Program-made: the position numbers and the translations under genes
Assembly: GCF_055900595.2 (NCBI RefSeq)
Contig: NZ_CM148325.1
Direction: 5' to 3' (one strand)
Length of the DNA stretch: 64,000 bases
In this document: one piece after another, positions 1 through 11,320 of the stretch
Layout: every line of letters starts with the position of its first letter
Numbering within the stretch: the stretch's first letter is position 1
Notes under the pieces: generated by a model
What the model saw: only the letters and a program-made list of their open reading frames with translations
The model's database searches: none
Told to the model about the DNA's origin: nothing

Positions 1-293
1 AATGCCCTGGTCAACAGGGCGGTGTGGCTGGCGTCAATAACAATCTCACCAAAGGTCATCACCCCCAGCATCTTACGTCGGGCTTGCTCCTCTTCGACCT
101 GTGCAAGCCAATCTTCGTATTCCGTCTGTGGGCAGCGGAAGGCGACATTCAGACAATCAATCACGCCAACGTGATGACCGATAGCCAACGAGTAATACAT
201 TACCTGGGAGCTGTGTTCCGGCATCTCGTCGCTACTGGCGATAAATTTTTTTCGCAGCGTCCAGAAAACAATTTCCCCGCACTCCTCAGCCAT
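1..293 (-). CDS. hyfJ: Hydrogenase-4 maturation/accessory protein HyfJ (HycH-like), 5' portion only; gene runs off the window start
   Basis: Minus-strand ATG at 293..291 overlapping the hyfI stop; translation begins [27 protein letters not shown] and continues past position 1. Position immediately downstream of hyfI fits the hyf operon order. The plus-strand ORF 24..338 is its antisense shadow. Confidence 0.8.
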   Translation of the reverse strand, partial: MAEECGEIVFWTLRKKFIASSDEMPEHSSQVMYYSLAIGHHVGVIDCLNVAFRCPQTEYEDWLAQVEEEQARRKMLGVMTFGEIVIDASHTALLTRA

Positions 294-1044
294 GTAACCC
301 CCGGAGAACGCGAAAGAGTTGCTGAACGATACTATTGAGACGCGGATCGTCGGCTTCGCGCAACCAGGTGTTAACCCGATTTCCTGTAGGATCGTCGCTT
401 AAATGGCGCAGGAGCCGATCGCAAATTTCTCGCCCCTGACGATAGCCCGCCAGCCGCCTCGCTTCTCGCTCAATGGCGATACGCTGTGATGGCGGGATCT
501 GCGGCCACAGCGGTTGCATGGTCACCCCGGTGGGATCGCGATAATCCACCGCGTGAATCTTCTGTTGTAGCAAACCGAGCGCCACGGCGAAACCGTGAAT
601 GGTGGCGGCCGGTGTTGGCGGACAGCCGGGGATCCAAACATCAATGGGGACAATGGTGTCGCTGCCGCCCCAGACGCTGTAGAGATCGTGGAAAATACCG
701 CCGCCGACACCGCACGCGCCGTAGGAAACACAGATTTTATGATCGGGGGCAGACTCATATGCCCGAAGTGCAGGCATACGCATCGCCCGGGTGACTGCGC
801 CAGTAAATAACAAAATATCGGCGTGACGCGGTGATGAAACAACCTTAATGCCAAAACGTTCTGCGTCGAATACTGGTGTGATGGCGGCAAAAATTTCGAT
901 TTCGCAGGCGTTGCAGCCGCCGCAATCGACGCGATAAACGTAGGCCGAGCGACGGATATCCTGTAACAAATGCTGCTTCATCTTTTGCGTTTGTTCGTCC
1001 AGCGTGATGGGCTGGCTGACATGTTGCGTAAGCACTGGACTCAT
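286..1044 (-). CDS. hyfI: Hydrogenase-4 small subunit-like protein (NuoB/HycG family)
   Basis: 252-aa ORF with the NuoB-type Cys cluster ([14 protein letters not shown]); sits in hyf operon order. Confidence 0.93.
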   Translation of the reverse strand: MSPVLTQHVSQPITLDEQTQKMKQHLLQDIRRSAYVYRVDCGGCNACEIEIFAAITPVFDAERFGIKVVSSPRHADILLFTGAVTRAMRMPALRAYESAPDHKICVSYGACGVGGGIFHDLYSVWGGSDTIVPIDVWIPGCPPTPAATIHGFAVALGLLQQKIHAVDYRDPTGVTMQPLWPQIPPSQRIAIEREARRLAGYRQGREICDRLLRHLSDDPTGNRVNTWLREADDPRLNSIVQQLFRVLRGLHG

Positions 1045-1586
1045 AGCTGCTCCTTAGCCACCCGGGGTTCATCTGTGTCGTCGTTGATCAGCGTCGCGCG
1101 TTGTTTGCATTCCGGGCAGACGCTCGCTTGCGCCCACAACATTTCGCGGTTTTGTGGTGCATTTTGTTGCTGTGCCAACAGTTCTGCAGCCAGTGCGACG
1201 GTTTTTTGCGGGGCAAACGGGCGTTCGCAACGGCTGCAACGTTGTAGATGGAACGTCGCGCGGGTATAGAGATCGGCTTTATTGGTGACGGTCAGTTCAA
1301 AGTTATTGGTAAGCTGAATGGCTCTGGTCGGGCACACTTCTTCACAACGTCCGCAGTAAATACAACGCCCCAGATAGAGCTGCCAGGTGCGCGTATTTTG
1401 CTGGTCGTCGGTCTGGATAGTCAGCGCATTTGCCGGACAAGCACAGGCGCAGGCACCGCAGGCAATACATTGGCTGGGCATCAGGTCCGGTTTCCCGCGA
1501 AAGCCTGGGCTGACCTCCAGTGGCGCGAAGGGATATTTCACCGTCGCGGTTCCGGCGCGCATAATAGTTTTCAGTAACTTCAGCAT
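1041..1586 (-). CDS. hyfH: Hydrogenase-4 ferredoxin-type 2x[4Fe-4S] subunit (NuoI/HycF-like)
   Basis: 181-aa ORF with two CxxCxxCxxxCP motifs ([24 protein letters not shown]); 4-nt overlap with the hyfI start. Confidence 0.93.
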   Translation of the reverse strand: MLKLLKTIMRAGTATVKYPFAPLEVSPGFRGKPDLMPSQCIACGACACACPANALTIQTDDQQNTRTWQLYLGRCIYCGRCEEVCPTRAIQLTNNFELTVTNKADLYTRATFHLQRCSRCERPFAPQKTVALAAELLAQQQNAPQNREMLWAQASVCPECKQRATLINDDTDEPRVAKEQL

Positions 1587-1595
1587 TTTCTGTCC

Positions 1596-3311
1596 TTACT
1601 TCAGCGGCGAACGGTTACGATCAATGCCGTAGCGTTCGATCTCTTTATACGGCACGGTTTTTGACTGGCGCTTGCGCACATCAACCAGCGTCACACGGTC
1701 GGTACAGGAGTAGCAGGGATCAAGGCTACCGATAATCAGCGGTGCGTCAGAAACGGTATTGCCGCGCAGCATGTAACGCAGCACTGGCCAGTTGGCGTAG
1801 GTGGCGGCACGACAGCGCCAGCGGAACAATTTTTGGTTATTACCGAGCATGCTCCAGTGCACGTCTTCACCGCGTGGCGCTTCAACAAAGCCCAGCGCGA
1901 ATGCGTGAGGTTTATAGCTAAAGCCTTCGGTCAGCAGTGGGGTATCCGGCATGTTGTCGAGGGCAAATTCCAGCATTGCCAGCGAATCAAACGTCTCTTT
2001 GACACGGACCATCACGCGGGAGAAGACATCGCCGCCGGTAAAGGTAAACAGCGTTTTTGGAATATTGCCGTAGTCGGCGTAGGGGTGATCAAAGCGCAAA
2101 TCACGGGCAAAACCACTGCCACGGATCAGCGGCCCTACGGGGCTATAATCACGGGCGATTTGTCGGTCGAGAATGCCAATGCCCTGAGTGCGTTGTTCCA
2201 TATTCGGCGTGGCAAGCAGCATCTCTACCAGCTCCGACACGTCGGCGCGCATCTCGCGCACCAGTTTCATCGTTTGCAGACGTTGCTCTTTGAGAATATC
2301 GCGGCGAACACCACCAATCAGATTCAGACCGTAGGTTTTACGCGACCCGGTCAGCAATTCCGCCATCGTCATCGACTTTTCCCGCACGCGGAAAAATTGC
2401 ATAAAACCGGTATCAAAACCAACAAAATGGCAGGAGAGGCCAAGATTGAGCAAATGACTGTGCAGCCGTTCGACTTCCAGCAGAATCGAACGAATGGTAT
2501 GCGCTCGTTGTGGCACCTCAATCCCCAGTGCATTTTCAACCGAGTTGGTATAGGCCACACTGTGGGCAAAACCGCAAATCCCGCACACGCGGTCCGACAA
2601 GAAGGTCACTTCGTTGTAGCCCATCCGCGTTTCTGCCAGTTTCTCCATGCCGCGATGGACATAAAACAGGCGGTAATCAGCATCGACAATTTGCTCGCCA
2701 TCCACAAACAAGCGGAAGTGACCTGGTTCATCGGAGGTGATATGCAGCGGGCCAACAGGGATCACCCGCGCATCGCTGTTGCCCTCGTTGATAAACGGAT
2801 ACGTTTCGGTATCAGTCGTCGGTTCAGGGCGCAGTCGATAATCCATCGCGTCTTTGCGCAGCGGATGCATATCTTCCGGCCAGTCATCGGGCAACACCAG
2901 GCGACGCTGATCCGGCAGGCCAACCGGAATCAGCCCGTACATATCGCGAATTTCTCGCTCGCCCCAGACCGCGGCAGGGACGCGCGGTGTGACTGACGGA
3001 AACTCCCGACTGTCGGCATCGACCAGTGCCTTCACCACGATCCAGCATTTTTCGGCCCCTTCCATTGAAAGGGCATAATAAACCGCGTAATGACCGTTAA
3101 GTGTCCGCTCGTCGTTGCCAAACAGGACCGGAAGCCAGCCATCATGTTGATAATAAAGATAATGTACAACGTCAGGCAGCAGATTTATTTTCACCGTAAT
3201 GGTGACCTGTTCAGGCGTTTGTCGCTCTTCATCCAGCACCGCGCCGGGGAACTGCGTTTTCAGGGCGGCGAGAATCGCTTCGCCACGATTTGACGATGAA
3301 TTAACGTTCAC
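1596..3311 (-). CDS. hyfG: Hydrogenase-4 large [NiFe] catalytic subunit (HycE/NuoD-like)
   Basis: Long ORF with an N-terminal NuoC-like region and the C-terminal Ni-binding motif DPCYSCTDR. Start placed at GTG 3311..3309, which has a GGAGA Shine-Dalgarno 6 nt upstream; the six-frame ORF extends to an ATG at 3356 that lacks an obvious SD. Exact start is uncertain. Confidence 0.88.
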   Translation of the reverse strand: MNVNSSSNRGEAILAALKTQFPGAVLDEERQTPEQVTITVKINLLPDVVHYLYYQHDGWLPVLFGNDERTLNGHYAVYYALSMEGAEKCWIVVKALVDADSREFPSVTPRVPAAVWGEREIRDMYGLIPVGLPDQRRLVLPDDWPEDMHPLRKDAMDYRLRPEPTTDTETYPFINEGNSDARVIPVGPLHITSDEPGHFRLFVDGEQIVDADYRLFYVHRGMEKLAETRMGYNEVTFLSDRVCGICGFAHSVAYTNSVENALGIEVPQRAHTIRSILLEVERLHSHLLNLGLSCHFVGFDTGFMQFFRVREKSMTMAELLTGSRKTYGLNLIGGVRRDILKEQRLQTMKLVREMRADVSELVEMLLATPNMEQRTQGIGILDRQIARDYSPVGPLIRGSGFARDLRFDHPYADYGNIPKTLFTFTGGDVFSRVMVRVKETFDSLAMLEFALDNMPDTPLLTEGFSYKPHAFALGFVEAPRGEDVHWSMLGNNQKLFRWRCRAATYANWPVLRYMLRGNTVSDAPLIIGSLDPCYSCTDRVTLVDVRKRQSKTVPYKEIERYGIDRNRSPLK

Positions 3312-4881
3312 TGTGTTTCTCCGAAACAGATGCGGTGCCTGAAGGCAAAAAATCATGCCAGGTGCTACGTTGTGCAGGCAGGTCGTGCGTCCCTGAGAGG
3401 ACTATAGTGGAAGCGCCCGCCAGGATCCTGATGACAGGTTGTGGAATATGCGTTCCCATCGCCAGCATCATGACCAGCAGAATCACCATTGGCGAGGTGG
3501 TCAACCAGCCAAGTTCACCCCGGTTAACGGCCTGCGGCGGTTTCGCCATTAATACCCGCGCAGCCATCCGTACCAGGCCCGCCAGCACCAGCGTTAACAG
3601 CAATAACAGCAGGACGATAATCAACAGGTGATTACGAGCCAGTCCGGCGGTAACGGTCATAAATTCGCTAAGAAAAATGTTGAAGGGCGGCATCCCGGCC
3701 AGCGCCAGCGCACCGCCGCCAAACAGCACGGCGGTAAATGGCATGATTTTGAGCATTCCGCAGACGACGTTGAGATCGCGCGTGCCGTACTTGAGCAGTA
3801 CATTGCCGGAACCGCAGAACAGCAGCGTTTTTGCCAGACTGTGGTTTAAGGTGTGCAGCAGCGCAGCAAAAATTCCCAGCGGCCCGCCAATGCCTAGCGC
3901 CACCGCGACCAGTCCCATGTTCTCCACGCTGGAGTACGCCAGCAGACGCTTAATGTCCCGCTGTACCAGAATGAAAAATGCCGCCACGGCAACCGACAAC
4001 ATGCCGAAGATGAGCAACAACCGGTTGGGGAAATCGCTGCCGATGGCCTGGCAAATAATGATGTAATAGCGAATCAGCACCAACAGCGCGCAGTTCAGCA
4101 ATACGGCGGAGAGCAGGGCGCTGACCGGACTCGGCGCTTCACTGTGAGCATCCGGCAGCCAGGCGTGCATGGGAAATAGCCCGGTTTTGGTGCCAAAGCC
4201 AATTAGCACAAACACAAAGGCCAACAGCATTAATGTTGGGTCAAGCAAGGACGATTGCTTAAGAACCTCGCTCCAGAATATCGCCATTTCTGCCTGCGGC
4301 ATAACGCTGGCGGCGTTGGCGTATACCAGCACGGTACCGAACAGACCAAAAGCGACACCAACAGTACAAATAATGATGTACTTCCATGCAGCTTCCAGAG
4401 ATGAACGCTGACCGTAAATGCCTACCAGAAACGCCGAGCTTAAGGTGGTGGCTTCGATTGCCGCCCACATCACAATCAGGTTATTGCTGGTAACAACCAG
4501 CAGCATGGTGAACAAAAACAGATGGAAGAAACCGTAGTAATCGCACAGCGTAACGGGTGAAAGCTCGCCGTGAGCCACTTCATGACGCATGTAGCCAATC
4601 GAGTAAACACCGGTGAGAAAGCCAATCACACCAAGAATGGCGAGGAACAAACCGCCCAGACCATCAATATGAAGCCACAGTCCCGCAGCGAATATTTCTC
4701 CCGCATCAGCGGCAGTTTGGACCACCCACAGTGCCAGAATCAGCAGCAGTGTGATCCCTAAGCTATGTAGTACTGTCACCGTGCGAGTCGCAGAGTATCC
4801 CCGTTTCCGGCAGGCAAAACAGAGCAGCGAAAAAAGCAGCGGCGTGAGCAGGAGTAAAGCGAACATCACAGAATAACTCAT
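3301..4881 (-). CDS. hyfF: Hydrogenase-4 membrane subunit, NuoL/M/N antiporter-like
   Basis: 526-aa polytopic membrane ORF in hyf order; stop overlaps the proposed hyfG start. Confidence 0.93.
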   Translation of the reverse strand: MSYSVMFALLLLTPLLFSLLCFACRKRGYSATRTVTVLHSLGITLLLILALWVVQTAADAGEIFAAGLWLHIDGLGGLFLAILGVIGFLTGVYSIGYMRHEVAHGELSPVTLCDYYGFFHLFLFTMLLVVTSNNLIVMWAAIEATTLSSAFLVGIYGQRSSLEAAWKYIIICTVGVAFGLFGTVLVYANAASVMPQAEMAIFWSEVLKQSSLLDPTLMLLAFVFVLIGFGTKTGLFPMHAWLPDAHSEAPSPVSALLSAVLLNCALLVLIRYYIIICQAIGSDFPNRLLLIFGMLSVAVAAFFILVQRDIKRLLAYSSVENMGLVAVALGIGGPLGIFAALLHTLNHSLAKTLLFCGSGNVLLKYGTRDLNVVCGMLKIMPFTAVLFGGGALALAGMPPFNIFLSEFMTVTAGLARNHLLIIVLLLLLLTLVLAGLVRMAARVLMAKPPQAVNRGELGWLTTSPMVILLVMMLAMGTHIPQPVIRILAGASTIVLSGTHDLPAQRSTWHDFLPSGTASVSEKHSER

Positions 4882-4885
4882 CTCA

Positions 4886-5536
4886 TTATCCCTTCAGCGC
4901 GGTCAAGTTGTTCACGTCCAGCGTGCCGTGGGTACGCCATATTTTTCTTGCCAGTAACACCATCACAATGACGGCGAAGATGGCGTCGGTAGCGATACCA
5001 ATTTCCACCAGTTCCGGTGCACGCCAGGCAAGAAGCGCCAGCACCAGATGGGAGCCGTTTTCCATCAGGCAGTAACCAAAAATTTGCCGCAGGATATTGC
5101 GCTGGCTGACAATGCACAGCAGGCCAAGCAGAAAATGACCTAACGCCACCGCCAGCGCCGGTTTCAGCCCGGTAGCCATCGGTAGCTTCACGGGCTGAAC
5201 GACAAATGTGCAAAGCAGGACAATTAATGCCGCGAGCAATGCCATCATTGCCGGACCGAATAACGCTTTTTCCGGGAGGTTCTGGGGAATATTTCGTGCA
5301 GCGTAAATCATGATTAACGGTACCATCAGTACTTTGGTGATAAAGGCGCTGGCGGACCAGATCAGCAGTTGCTCTGCGGCGAACAGGCACGAGAGGGTGG
5401 CGAAAATAGACACCAGCACCAGCGACTGGCAGGCGTAAAATCCGCATGACAGGCGATAGCTTTTGACACTAATCACAAACAGCGATGTCAGCATCATCAG
5501 TCCCGCCAGATTATTTACGATCATAGAACCGGTCAT
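4886..5536 (-). CDS. hyfE: Hydrogenase-4 membrane subunit
   Basis: 216-aa hydrophobic ORF in hyf order. Confidence 0.9.
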   Translation of the reverse strand: MTGSMIVNNLAGLMMLTSLFVISVKSYRLSCGFYACQSLVLVSIFATLSCLFAAEQLLIWSASAFITKVLMVPLIMIYAARNIPQNLPEKALFGPAMMALLAALIVLLCTFVVQPVKLPMATGLKPALAVALGHFLLGLLCIVSQRNILRQIFGYCLMENGSHLVLALLAWRAPELVEIGIATDAIFAVIVMVLLARKIWRTHGTLDVNNLTALKG

Positions 5537-5547
5537 TCATCATCTCC

Positions 5548-6987
5548 TTACTGCAACCAGGTCGCGGCGAATACGCTGGAAATCAGCGACATCACAATTA
5601 GTACAATCAACACCAGGCGCATTGATCCTGGCAGCGGTGCGGCAGCGGCGACGGCTTCGCTCGGTTTGCCAGGCACGACGCGACCAAACCAGCGAATAAA
5701 CCAGGCGAAACTGGCGACCGATTCAATCATCAGCAGAATCATGGCGGGCAGCAGGATCCAGTACTCCACTGACAACGAAAAACCGGCAGCAAACAGTGGG
5801 AATTTACTGAAGAAGCCGTTGAACGGCGGCACGCCAGTAATCGCCAGCGCGGCCACGCAGAAACCCACGCCTGGCAACGGCAGGGTGTGCAATACGCCAC
5901 GCAGGCGCGGCAACAAGCGCGTGCCGCAGCTGTAACTCAGCGCACCTGCTACAAGGAAAAACAGGCTTTTAGCGAACGCGTGGTTGACGATGTAGGCGAT
6001 GCTGCCCTCCAGTGCCAGCCGCGAGCCGAAGATGGAGAGCGACAAGCCGAAGAACATCCAGCCAAGTTGAGTGATGGTCGACCAGGCCAGCAACCGCTTC
6101 ATATCCTGCTGCGGCAAATACATCAGGAAGCCGTAAAGAATGGTGACCAGTGCCATGACCATGCCAATGCCGCCAATCACATGCGGGATATTGCCGCCGT
6201 CGATAATGGCGCGGGCAAAAATGTAAACGCCCACTTTCACCATCGATGCGGCGTGGAGATAGGCGCTGATCGGTGTTGGCGCTTCCATTGCATCCGGTAG
6301 CCACGCTTGCATCGGTAGCTGGGCCGATTTTCCCCACGCGGCAAACAGGATGCCGCCATAAACCAGATAACGTGCGTCGCCGTGTAACTCGCTCATCGCG
6401 CTAAGCGCAAACGTTCCGGTCTGCAAAAACAGCGTGGCGGCGGCAAGATACAACCCCAGCGAACCGATATGAGTGATAAGTAACGCTTTTAGTGCTGAAC
6501 GTTGCGCTTTATCGCTCTGGTAATAACTGATCAACGCCCAGGAGCAGCCGCCCGTAATTTCAAAAAACAACAACTGACCGAGCAGCGTCGAGGAGAGTAC
6601 CAGTCCCGCCATCGCGCCGATAAAAACCAGCAAAAATGCGTAATAACGATTCGTGCCGTTATGCGGGTGTTCGCGATTTTTATCCGTCAGATAACCCGTG
6701 GAGTAGATCGTGACCAGCAAACCGAGGAACACCACCACAAACAGAATCAGCGTACTCACGCGATCAATGACCAGGCCAAACAACGCCACATCCCCCACGT
6801 TGACCAACGTCAACGTGACGGCAACTTTATCGGCCTGATAAAACGCGGAGATCAGCGACAACATGCACAGCGTGGTCAGCGCGGCGAACAAAATCCCCCA
6901 TTCGGCGGCCCGACGTTGTGGCGAAAACGAAACGACCAGTGCGCCGATAAAAGGCAGCAATAACGTCGTCAGAGCAAGATTTTCCAT
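5548..6987 (-). CDS. hyfD: Hydrogenase-4 membrane subunit, NuoM/N antiporter-like
   Basis: 479-aa polytopic membrane ORF; conserved position. Confidence 0.93.
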   Translation of the reverse strand: MENLALTTLLLPFIGALVVSFSPQRRAAEWGILFAALTTLCMLSLISAFYQADKVAVTLTLVNVGDVALFGLVIDRVSTLILFVVVFLGLLVTIYSTGYLTDKNREHPHNGTNRYYAFLLVFIGAMAGLVLSSTLLGQLLFFEITGGCSWALISYYQSDKAQRSALKALLITHIGSLGLYLAAATLFLQTGTFALSAMSELHGDARYLVYGGILFAAWGKSAQLPMQAWLPDAMEAPTPISAYLHAASMVKVGVYIFARAIIDGGNIPHVIGGIGMVMALVTILYGFLMYLPQQDMKRLLAWSTITQLGWMFFGLSLSIFGSRLALEGSIAYIVNHAFAKSLFFLVAGALSYSCGTRLLPRLRGVLHTLPLPGVGFCVAALAITGVPPFNGFFSKFPLFAAGFSLSVEYWILLPAMILLMIESVASFAWFIRWFGRVVPGKPSEAVAAAAPLPGSMRLVLIVLIVMSLISSVFAATWLQ

Positions 6988-7003
6988 ATTCCGTCAGTGC
7001 TCC

Positions 7004-7951
7004 TTACAGACCGGTTAACCAGAAGACCCAGGCAAGCGCAGCAAGGCTGAAGCCAAGCCAGGTCACATGGTGAATGAGTAAAAAACGCCCGCGTGCCAGC
7101 GTGTTTTCTGCGATAGAGGCCAGAACAAAAATCAGCAAAACCTTGAGCAGCGTAACGACAAGTGAAGTCAGCAGGCAGGTGAGAGAAAGCTCTTGCGCGC
7201 GCCCAAAGGGCAGAAACAGGGCCACAAACAGTGCTGCCATCACGACCTGTTTCAGCCCCAGCCCCCATTTCGCCAACGCCAGCCCGGCACCGGAATATTC
7301 GGTCAGCGGGCCTTCCTGTAATTCCTGTTCTGCTTCAGCAACATCAAAGGGAATTTTTCCCATCTCAATGAAGCAGGCAAAACCACAGGCCAGTAACGCC
7401 AGTACGGTGGTTAGCGGCGAGTTCCAGCCCGTCGCCAGCGTCTTGCTGATCATCTCGATATGCGTGGAATCCGCTATCAGCGCCAATACCAGCAGTGAGA
7501 GAATGAGCATGGGTTCGACCAGAATGCCGAGCGTCAACTCGCGACTGGCACCGACACCCGCAAACGGACTTCCGGTATCCAGCCCGGAAAGAGCAAAGAA
7601 AAAACGAAACAGGGCAAGAAGATAGATAAGGGTGATCAGATCGCCGCCGCCCGTAAAAGGGGAAACAGTAATAAATAGTGGTAGGGCCATCGCCAGCACC
7701 AGCATGCTGCTGATTAATACCCACGGCATCAGGCGGAACATCAGACCTGAAGATGTCGGCGCAACTTCCTGGCGTTTAAACAGTTTGTGGATATCGCGAT
7801 AATCCTGCCAGATCCCCGGTCCGCGACGGGAGTGCATACGCGCGCGTATCTGCCGGGAAATCCCCGTAAAAAGCGGGGTTAGCGCCAGCAGAATCACGGC
7901 CTGTGCTAACGCAAAAATGATCAGATATCCGTCGCAAAGAGTTTGTCTCAT
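7004..7951 (-). CDS. hyfC: Hydrogenase-4 membrane subunit (NuoH/HycD-like)
   Basis: ORF 7004..7972 trimmed to the internal Met (MRQTLCDGYLIIF...) to give the expected 315 aa; polytopic membrane protein. Confidence 0.9.
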   Translation of the reverse strand: MRQTLCDGYLIIFALAQAVILLALTPLFTGISRQIRARMHSRRGPGIWQDYRDIHKLFKRQEVAPTSSGLMFRLMPWVLISSMLVLAMALPLFITVSPFTGGGDLITLIYLLALFRFFFALSGLDTGSPFAGVGASRELTLGILVEPMLILSLLVLALIADSTHIEMISKTLATGWNSPLTTVLALLACGFACFIEMGKIPFDVAEAEQELQEGPLTEYSGAGLALAKWGLGLKQVVMAALFVALFLPFGRAQELSLTCLLTSLVVTLLKVLLIFVLASIAENTLARGRFLLIHHVTWLGFSLAALAWVFWLTGL

Positions 7952-7961
7952 GGTGATTTCC

Positions 7962-9980
7962 TTAGACGGCAATAGCGATTAGCAGCACAACCAGTGCGGC
8001 GACCACATACAGGCAATAGAGACGAAAGTCGCCGCTTTGCAGATGCTGTATTTCTTTGGCCAGCCGTTGGGTGGCGCTCACGATGGGGCGGATCACCCGC
8101 TCATCCCAAAAGGGTTCTGTGCTCTGAGCCCTGGCGGTGATGTGCGCGAGACCTTTGTTCAGCCTCAGCGTAGGGTCGAGCTGTTGTCGTAGACGAAATA
8201 GCGCAGAAAAGACCACACGCAGCGGCTGCATCACGCCATTGCCTGACGGGGCCATCGCATTTTCCCAGCCGTAGCCGCATGCCCAGGCATCTCCTGTGCG
8301 ACGAAACGCTGCGCGGCGCGAACGACACCACAGCCAGTAAAGGCCAGGCAGCAAAGGCATCGCCAGTAGTAACAGCAACAGTAATGAGGGAGTGACCCGT
8401 GTATGAAACGTGCCGGGTACAAGTGCCATTCCGCTGGCGACAGTGACGGAAGGGGTATTGGTAAACGCATGGGCAATGTGCATTATCTTCGGTGCCAGCC
8501 AACTGGCACTAAGCGCAATGAATACGCAGAGTGCCGCGAGCAGTAGCATGGCGACGATCATCGTATTTGGCACTTCCTGTGCCTCTTCAGCGTGTGTACT
8601 GCGCGGCGCACCACAGAAAGTAATGCCGTACATTTTGACGAAGCACATTACTGCCAGCCCACCAGTGACTGCCAGCATCACCATAGCAATAGGACCCGCA
8701 AGTTGTAGCGCTACGGCTTCCACACGACTTAGTGAGAACAGCGACTGCCAGGTGTACCATTCGCTGATAAAACCATTCAGCGGAGGAATGGCTGATATCG
8801 CGAGGCAACCAATCAGGCATGCTGCGGCTGTCCACGGCATCCGTTTTGCCAGTGCCCCCATTTTTTCCATGTCGTGGGTATGCAAACGCGAAATAATCGC
8901 ACCCGCGCCGAGAAATAGCAGCCCTTTGAACAGCGCATGGTTGAGCAGATGAAACAGTGCGCCGAGCAGTCCAACCACGGTGAGCAGCGGGTCGTGCAGT
9001 GACAGACCGACCATGGACACACCGACCGCCAGCAAAATAATGCCGACGTTTTCGACGGTACTCCAGGCCAGCAGCCGTTTGATATCCTGTTCCGCCAGCG
9101 CATACAGCACGCCCAGGAGCGCGGAGATTGCGCCGATCGCCATCACCAGAATGCCCCACCACAGCGGCAAACCCGTTTGCGCCAGCAGATCCATCGCCAC
9201 TTTCAGGATGCCGAAAATACCGATTTTGACCATTACGCCAGACATCAACGCCGAAGCGTGCGATGGTGCGGCAGGATGAGCGCGCGGCAACCAGCTGTGC
9301 AACGGCATCATCCCGGCTTTCGCGCCAAAACCGAAGAAGGCCAGCAGGAACACCGCCGACGCCAGCCCCGGAGAAAGTGAAAGCGTGCGGAAACTGGCAA
9401 AATCGAGGTTGCCGCTTTCGCGCCACATCAGCAAGAAGGCAATCATAATCAGCACCGATCCGGCGTGGGCGATAAAAAAGTAGAGCATGCCAGCGTTGAT
9501 TGACGTTTTATCCTGCCTGGCAATGACCAGAAACCAGGAAGACAGCGACATCATTTCAAACAACACGATGAACCAAAAAGCGTTGTCCATCACCAGCAGG
9601 GCAACCATCGATGCGATGAAAAGATTCATAAAGAAGCCCATCGCCGCCGCGCCTTTGCCCTCGTATTCGCGCATATAAGTCAATGAATAGAGCGAACAAA
9701 CCACCACCAGCAAGGAGATAACCAGCACCATAAATGCCGAGAGGCTATCCATTCGCAGGGTTAAATCGGCAAAGTCAAAAGGCGTGGCAAAACGGGCGAC
9801 TAAAGTTACGCCTGCATGTAATTGCGTAATTCCGCTGATGATGCCAATCGCGCCGCCCACCAGCGATGTGATGCCGGAAAGCTTAATAGCCAGTCTGTCC
9901 AGACCGAGTAAAAACAGCGAAGCCAGACTGGCAAACAGATAGAGGATCAGCGACCAGGTTAATAATTGCAGGGCATCCAT
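7962..9980 (-). CDS. hyfB: Hydrogenase-4 membrane subunit, NuoL-like
   Basis: 672-aa polytopic membrane ORF (MDALQLLTWSLILYLF...); conserved position. Confidence 0.93.
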   Translation of the reverse strand: MDALQLLTWSLILYLFASLASLFLLGLDRLAIKLSGITSLVGGAIGIISGITQLHAGVTLVARFATPFDFADLTLRMDSLSAFMVLVISLLVVVCSLYSLTYMREYEGKGAAAMGFFMNLFIASMVALLVMDNAFWFIVLFEMMSLSSWFLVIARQDKTSINAGMLYFFIAHAGSVLIMIAFLLMWRESGNLDFASFRTLSLSPGLASAVFLLAFFGFGAKAGMMPLHSWLPRAHPAAPSHASALMSGVMVKIGIFGILKVAMDLLAQTGLPLWWGILVMAIGAISALLGVLYALAEQDIKRLLAWSTVENVGIILLAVGVSMVGLSLHDPLLTVVGLLGALFHLLNHALFKGLLFLGAGAIISRLHTHDMEKMGALAKRMPWTAAACLIGCLAISAIPPLNGFISEWYTWQSLFSLSRVEAVALQLAGPIAMVMLAVTGGLAVMCFVKMYGITFCGAPRSTHAEEAQEVPNTMIVAMLLLAALCVFIALSASWLAPKIMHIAHAFTNTPSVTVASGMALVPGTFHTRVTPSLLLLLLLAMPLLPGLYWLWCRSRRAAFRRTGDAWACGYGWENAMAPSGNGVMQPLRVVFSALFRLRQQLDPTLRLNKGLAHITARAQSTEPFWDERVIRPIVSATQRLAKEIQHLQSGDFRLYCLYVVAALVVLLIAIAV

Positions 9981-10597
9981 TAGCGTTGCTCCTGAGTGAG
10001 GGAAAGGGGATCCTCCCCGCCATTGGCAAACCAGCTTGCGGCAAGGCGCTGTTTTTCTTTCATCTGACGTTGCAGGCTATCGTCGGTGATCAGCCGTAAC
10101 GCATGATTCGGGCAAGCGCGAACGCAGGCCGGACCTTCTGGCAAGAAATCACACAGGTCGCATTTCACCGCGACGCTCTGGACACCCGGTTCCCAGCGCA
10201 GCAAAGCATGTTGGGTCGGCGCGTTTTCTTCGCCGTCTTTGAGTGAGCCGTCAGCCTGAAAAACATATTGCGCAGGGGCATTCACCGGACGGCTTCCTGA
10301 AGCGCTGATTGCGCCAAATGGGCAGACCACGGCGCAAAGCTTGCAGCCAATACAGAGGCTTTCGTTGAGTTGGATCGCATCATCTCTCTGGGAGATGGCA
10401 TTGACCGGGCAGACCTGCAGGCAAGGGGCTTCCTCACAGTGATGACACACGACAGGGGCAGTGAGTGTTGACGTCTTCGCCAGGGCCAGGCGCGGGTGTT
10501 GCTGTAAACCTTGCGTTTTATGCACGTCCGAACAGGCAGCGAGACAGGTATTACATCCTGTACACCACAGTGGTTCGGCCACCACAAAGCGGTTCAT
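9980..10597 (-). CDS. hyfA: Hydrogenase-4 4Fe-4S ferredoxin-type electron-transfer subunit
   Basis: ORF 9980..10636 trimmed to the Met at 10597 (MNRFVVAEPLWCTGCNTC...), giving 205 aa; multiple CxxCxxC Fe-S motifs; AGGAG SD upstream. Confidence 0.9.
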   Translation of the reverse strand: MNRFVVAEPLWCTGCNTCLAACSDVHKTQGLQQHPRLALAKTSTLTAPVVCHHCEEAPCLQVCPVNAISQRDDAIQLNESLCIGCKLCAVVCPFGAISASGSRPVNAPAQYVFQADGSLKDGEENAPTQHALLRWEPGVQSVAVKCDLCDFLPEGPACVRACPNHALRLITDDSLQRQMKEKQRLAASWFANGGEDPLSLTQEQR

Positions 10598-10638
10598 GTC
10601 GGCTCCTTGAAAATGATATGAAACATTGCATTTCATTT

Positions 10639-10654
10639 TGCATAAAGGATGCCA
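10639..10654 (-). promoter_or_regulatory. Candidate sigma-54 (-24/-12) promoter of the hyf operon
   Basis: Minus strand reads TGGCAT-CCTTTA-TGCA (GG-N10-GC spacing, close to TGGCAC-N5-TTGCA) about 45 nt upstream of the hyfA ATG. The hyf operon is reported to be sigma-54/FhlA/HyfR dependent. Confidence 0.5.
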
Positions 10655-10849
10655 GTCTGATTAATTTAATATATTCAATAAGTTATGTGTTAACTGGGTT
10701 CTGAACGGTACAAAAATGATGGTCATTAACGTTCAGCAATAAATGGATTCGACACCCGTGTCGCAGGGGAAAGCGAGAATGTGATCTTGATCACGAGAAG
10801 TGAGGTGTGCTGGCCGCAAGCGCAGCCAGCACTGAATGGAGCAAAGTAA

Positions 10850-11320
10850 TCAGGCGTGTTCTTTCAGCCAGTTCAGCACAACGTCGTGGTGATTGCTGGT
10901 TTTGAAATCGTCAAAGACATGTTCGATTTTGCCATCAGCGTCAATCAGGAAGCTGATGCGATGAATACCATCGTAGGTTTTGCCCATGAAGGACTTTTCA
11001 CCCCAGACGCCGAATTGTTCGCACACCTGGTGGTCCTCATCAGACAGGAGCGTAAAGTTAAGCAGCTCTTTTTCCGCAAAACGGGAGAGTTTTTCGGGTT
11101 TATCGGTGCTGATACCCAGCACATCAACGCCCGCTTTTTTCAATTCATCCATGTTATCGCGTAAGCCGCAGGCCTGTACGGTACAGCCGGGAGTCATGGC
11201 TTTTGGGTAAAAATAAACCAGAACACGCTGTCCCTGGAAGTCGGTCAAATTAACTTGTTCTCCGTCTTGATCCGGCAAGCTAAATTTCGGTGCGATATCA
11301 CCGGCTTTCAGTGGATTCAT
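10850..11320 (-). CDS. bcp: Thiol peroxidase / bacterioferritin comigratory protein (peroxiredoxin)
   Basis: 156-aa ORF MNPLKAGDIAPKFSLPDQDGE... with the peroxiredoxin PGCT motif. Confidence 0.95.
   Translation of the reverse strand: MNPLKAGDIAPKFSLPDQDGEQVNLTDFQGQRVLVYFYPKAMTPGCTVQACGLRDNMDELKKAGVDVLGISTDKPEKLSRFAEKELLNFTLLSDEDHQVCEQFGVWGEKSFMGKTYDGIHRISFLIDADGKIEHVFDDFKTSNHHDVVLNWLKEHA

Noticed and set aside
24-338. Plus-strand 104-aa ORF at the window start
   Set aside because: Lies antisense to hyfJ/hyfI, which are well supported by conserved sequence and operon context; no SD; typical shadow ORF in GC-rich coding DNA.
1833-2996. 387-aa plus-strand ORF
   Set aside because: Entirely antisense to hyfG; Arg/His-rich low-complexity translation with no recognisable motifs.
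1596-3311. Possible selenocysteine (in-frame TGA) in the hydrogenase large subunit
   Set aside because: hyfG is an uninterrupted ORF with no in-frame TGA; the active-site residues are Cys (DPCYSCTDR).
8587-9426. 279-aa minus-strand ORF inside hyfB
   Set aside because: Alternate frame of hyfB; Arg-rich composition typical of off-frame translation of a GC-rich membrane-protein gene.
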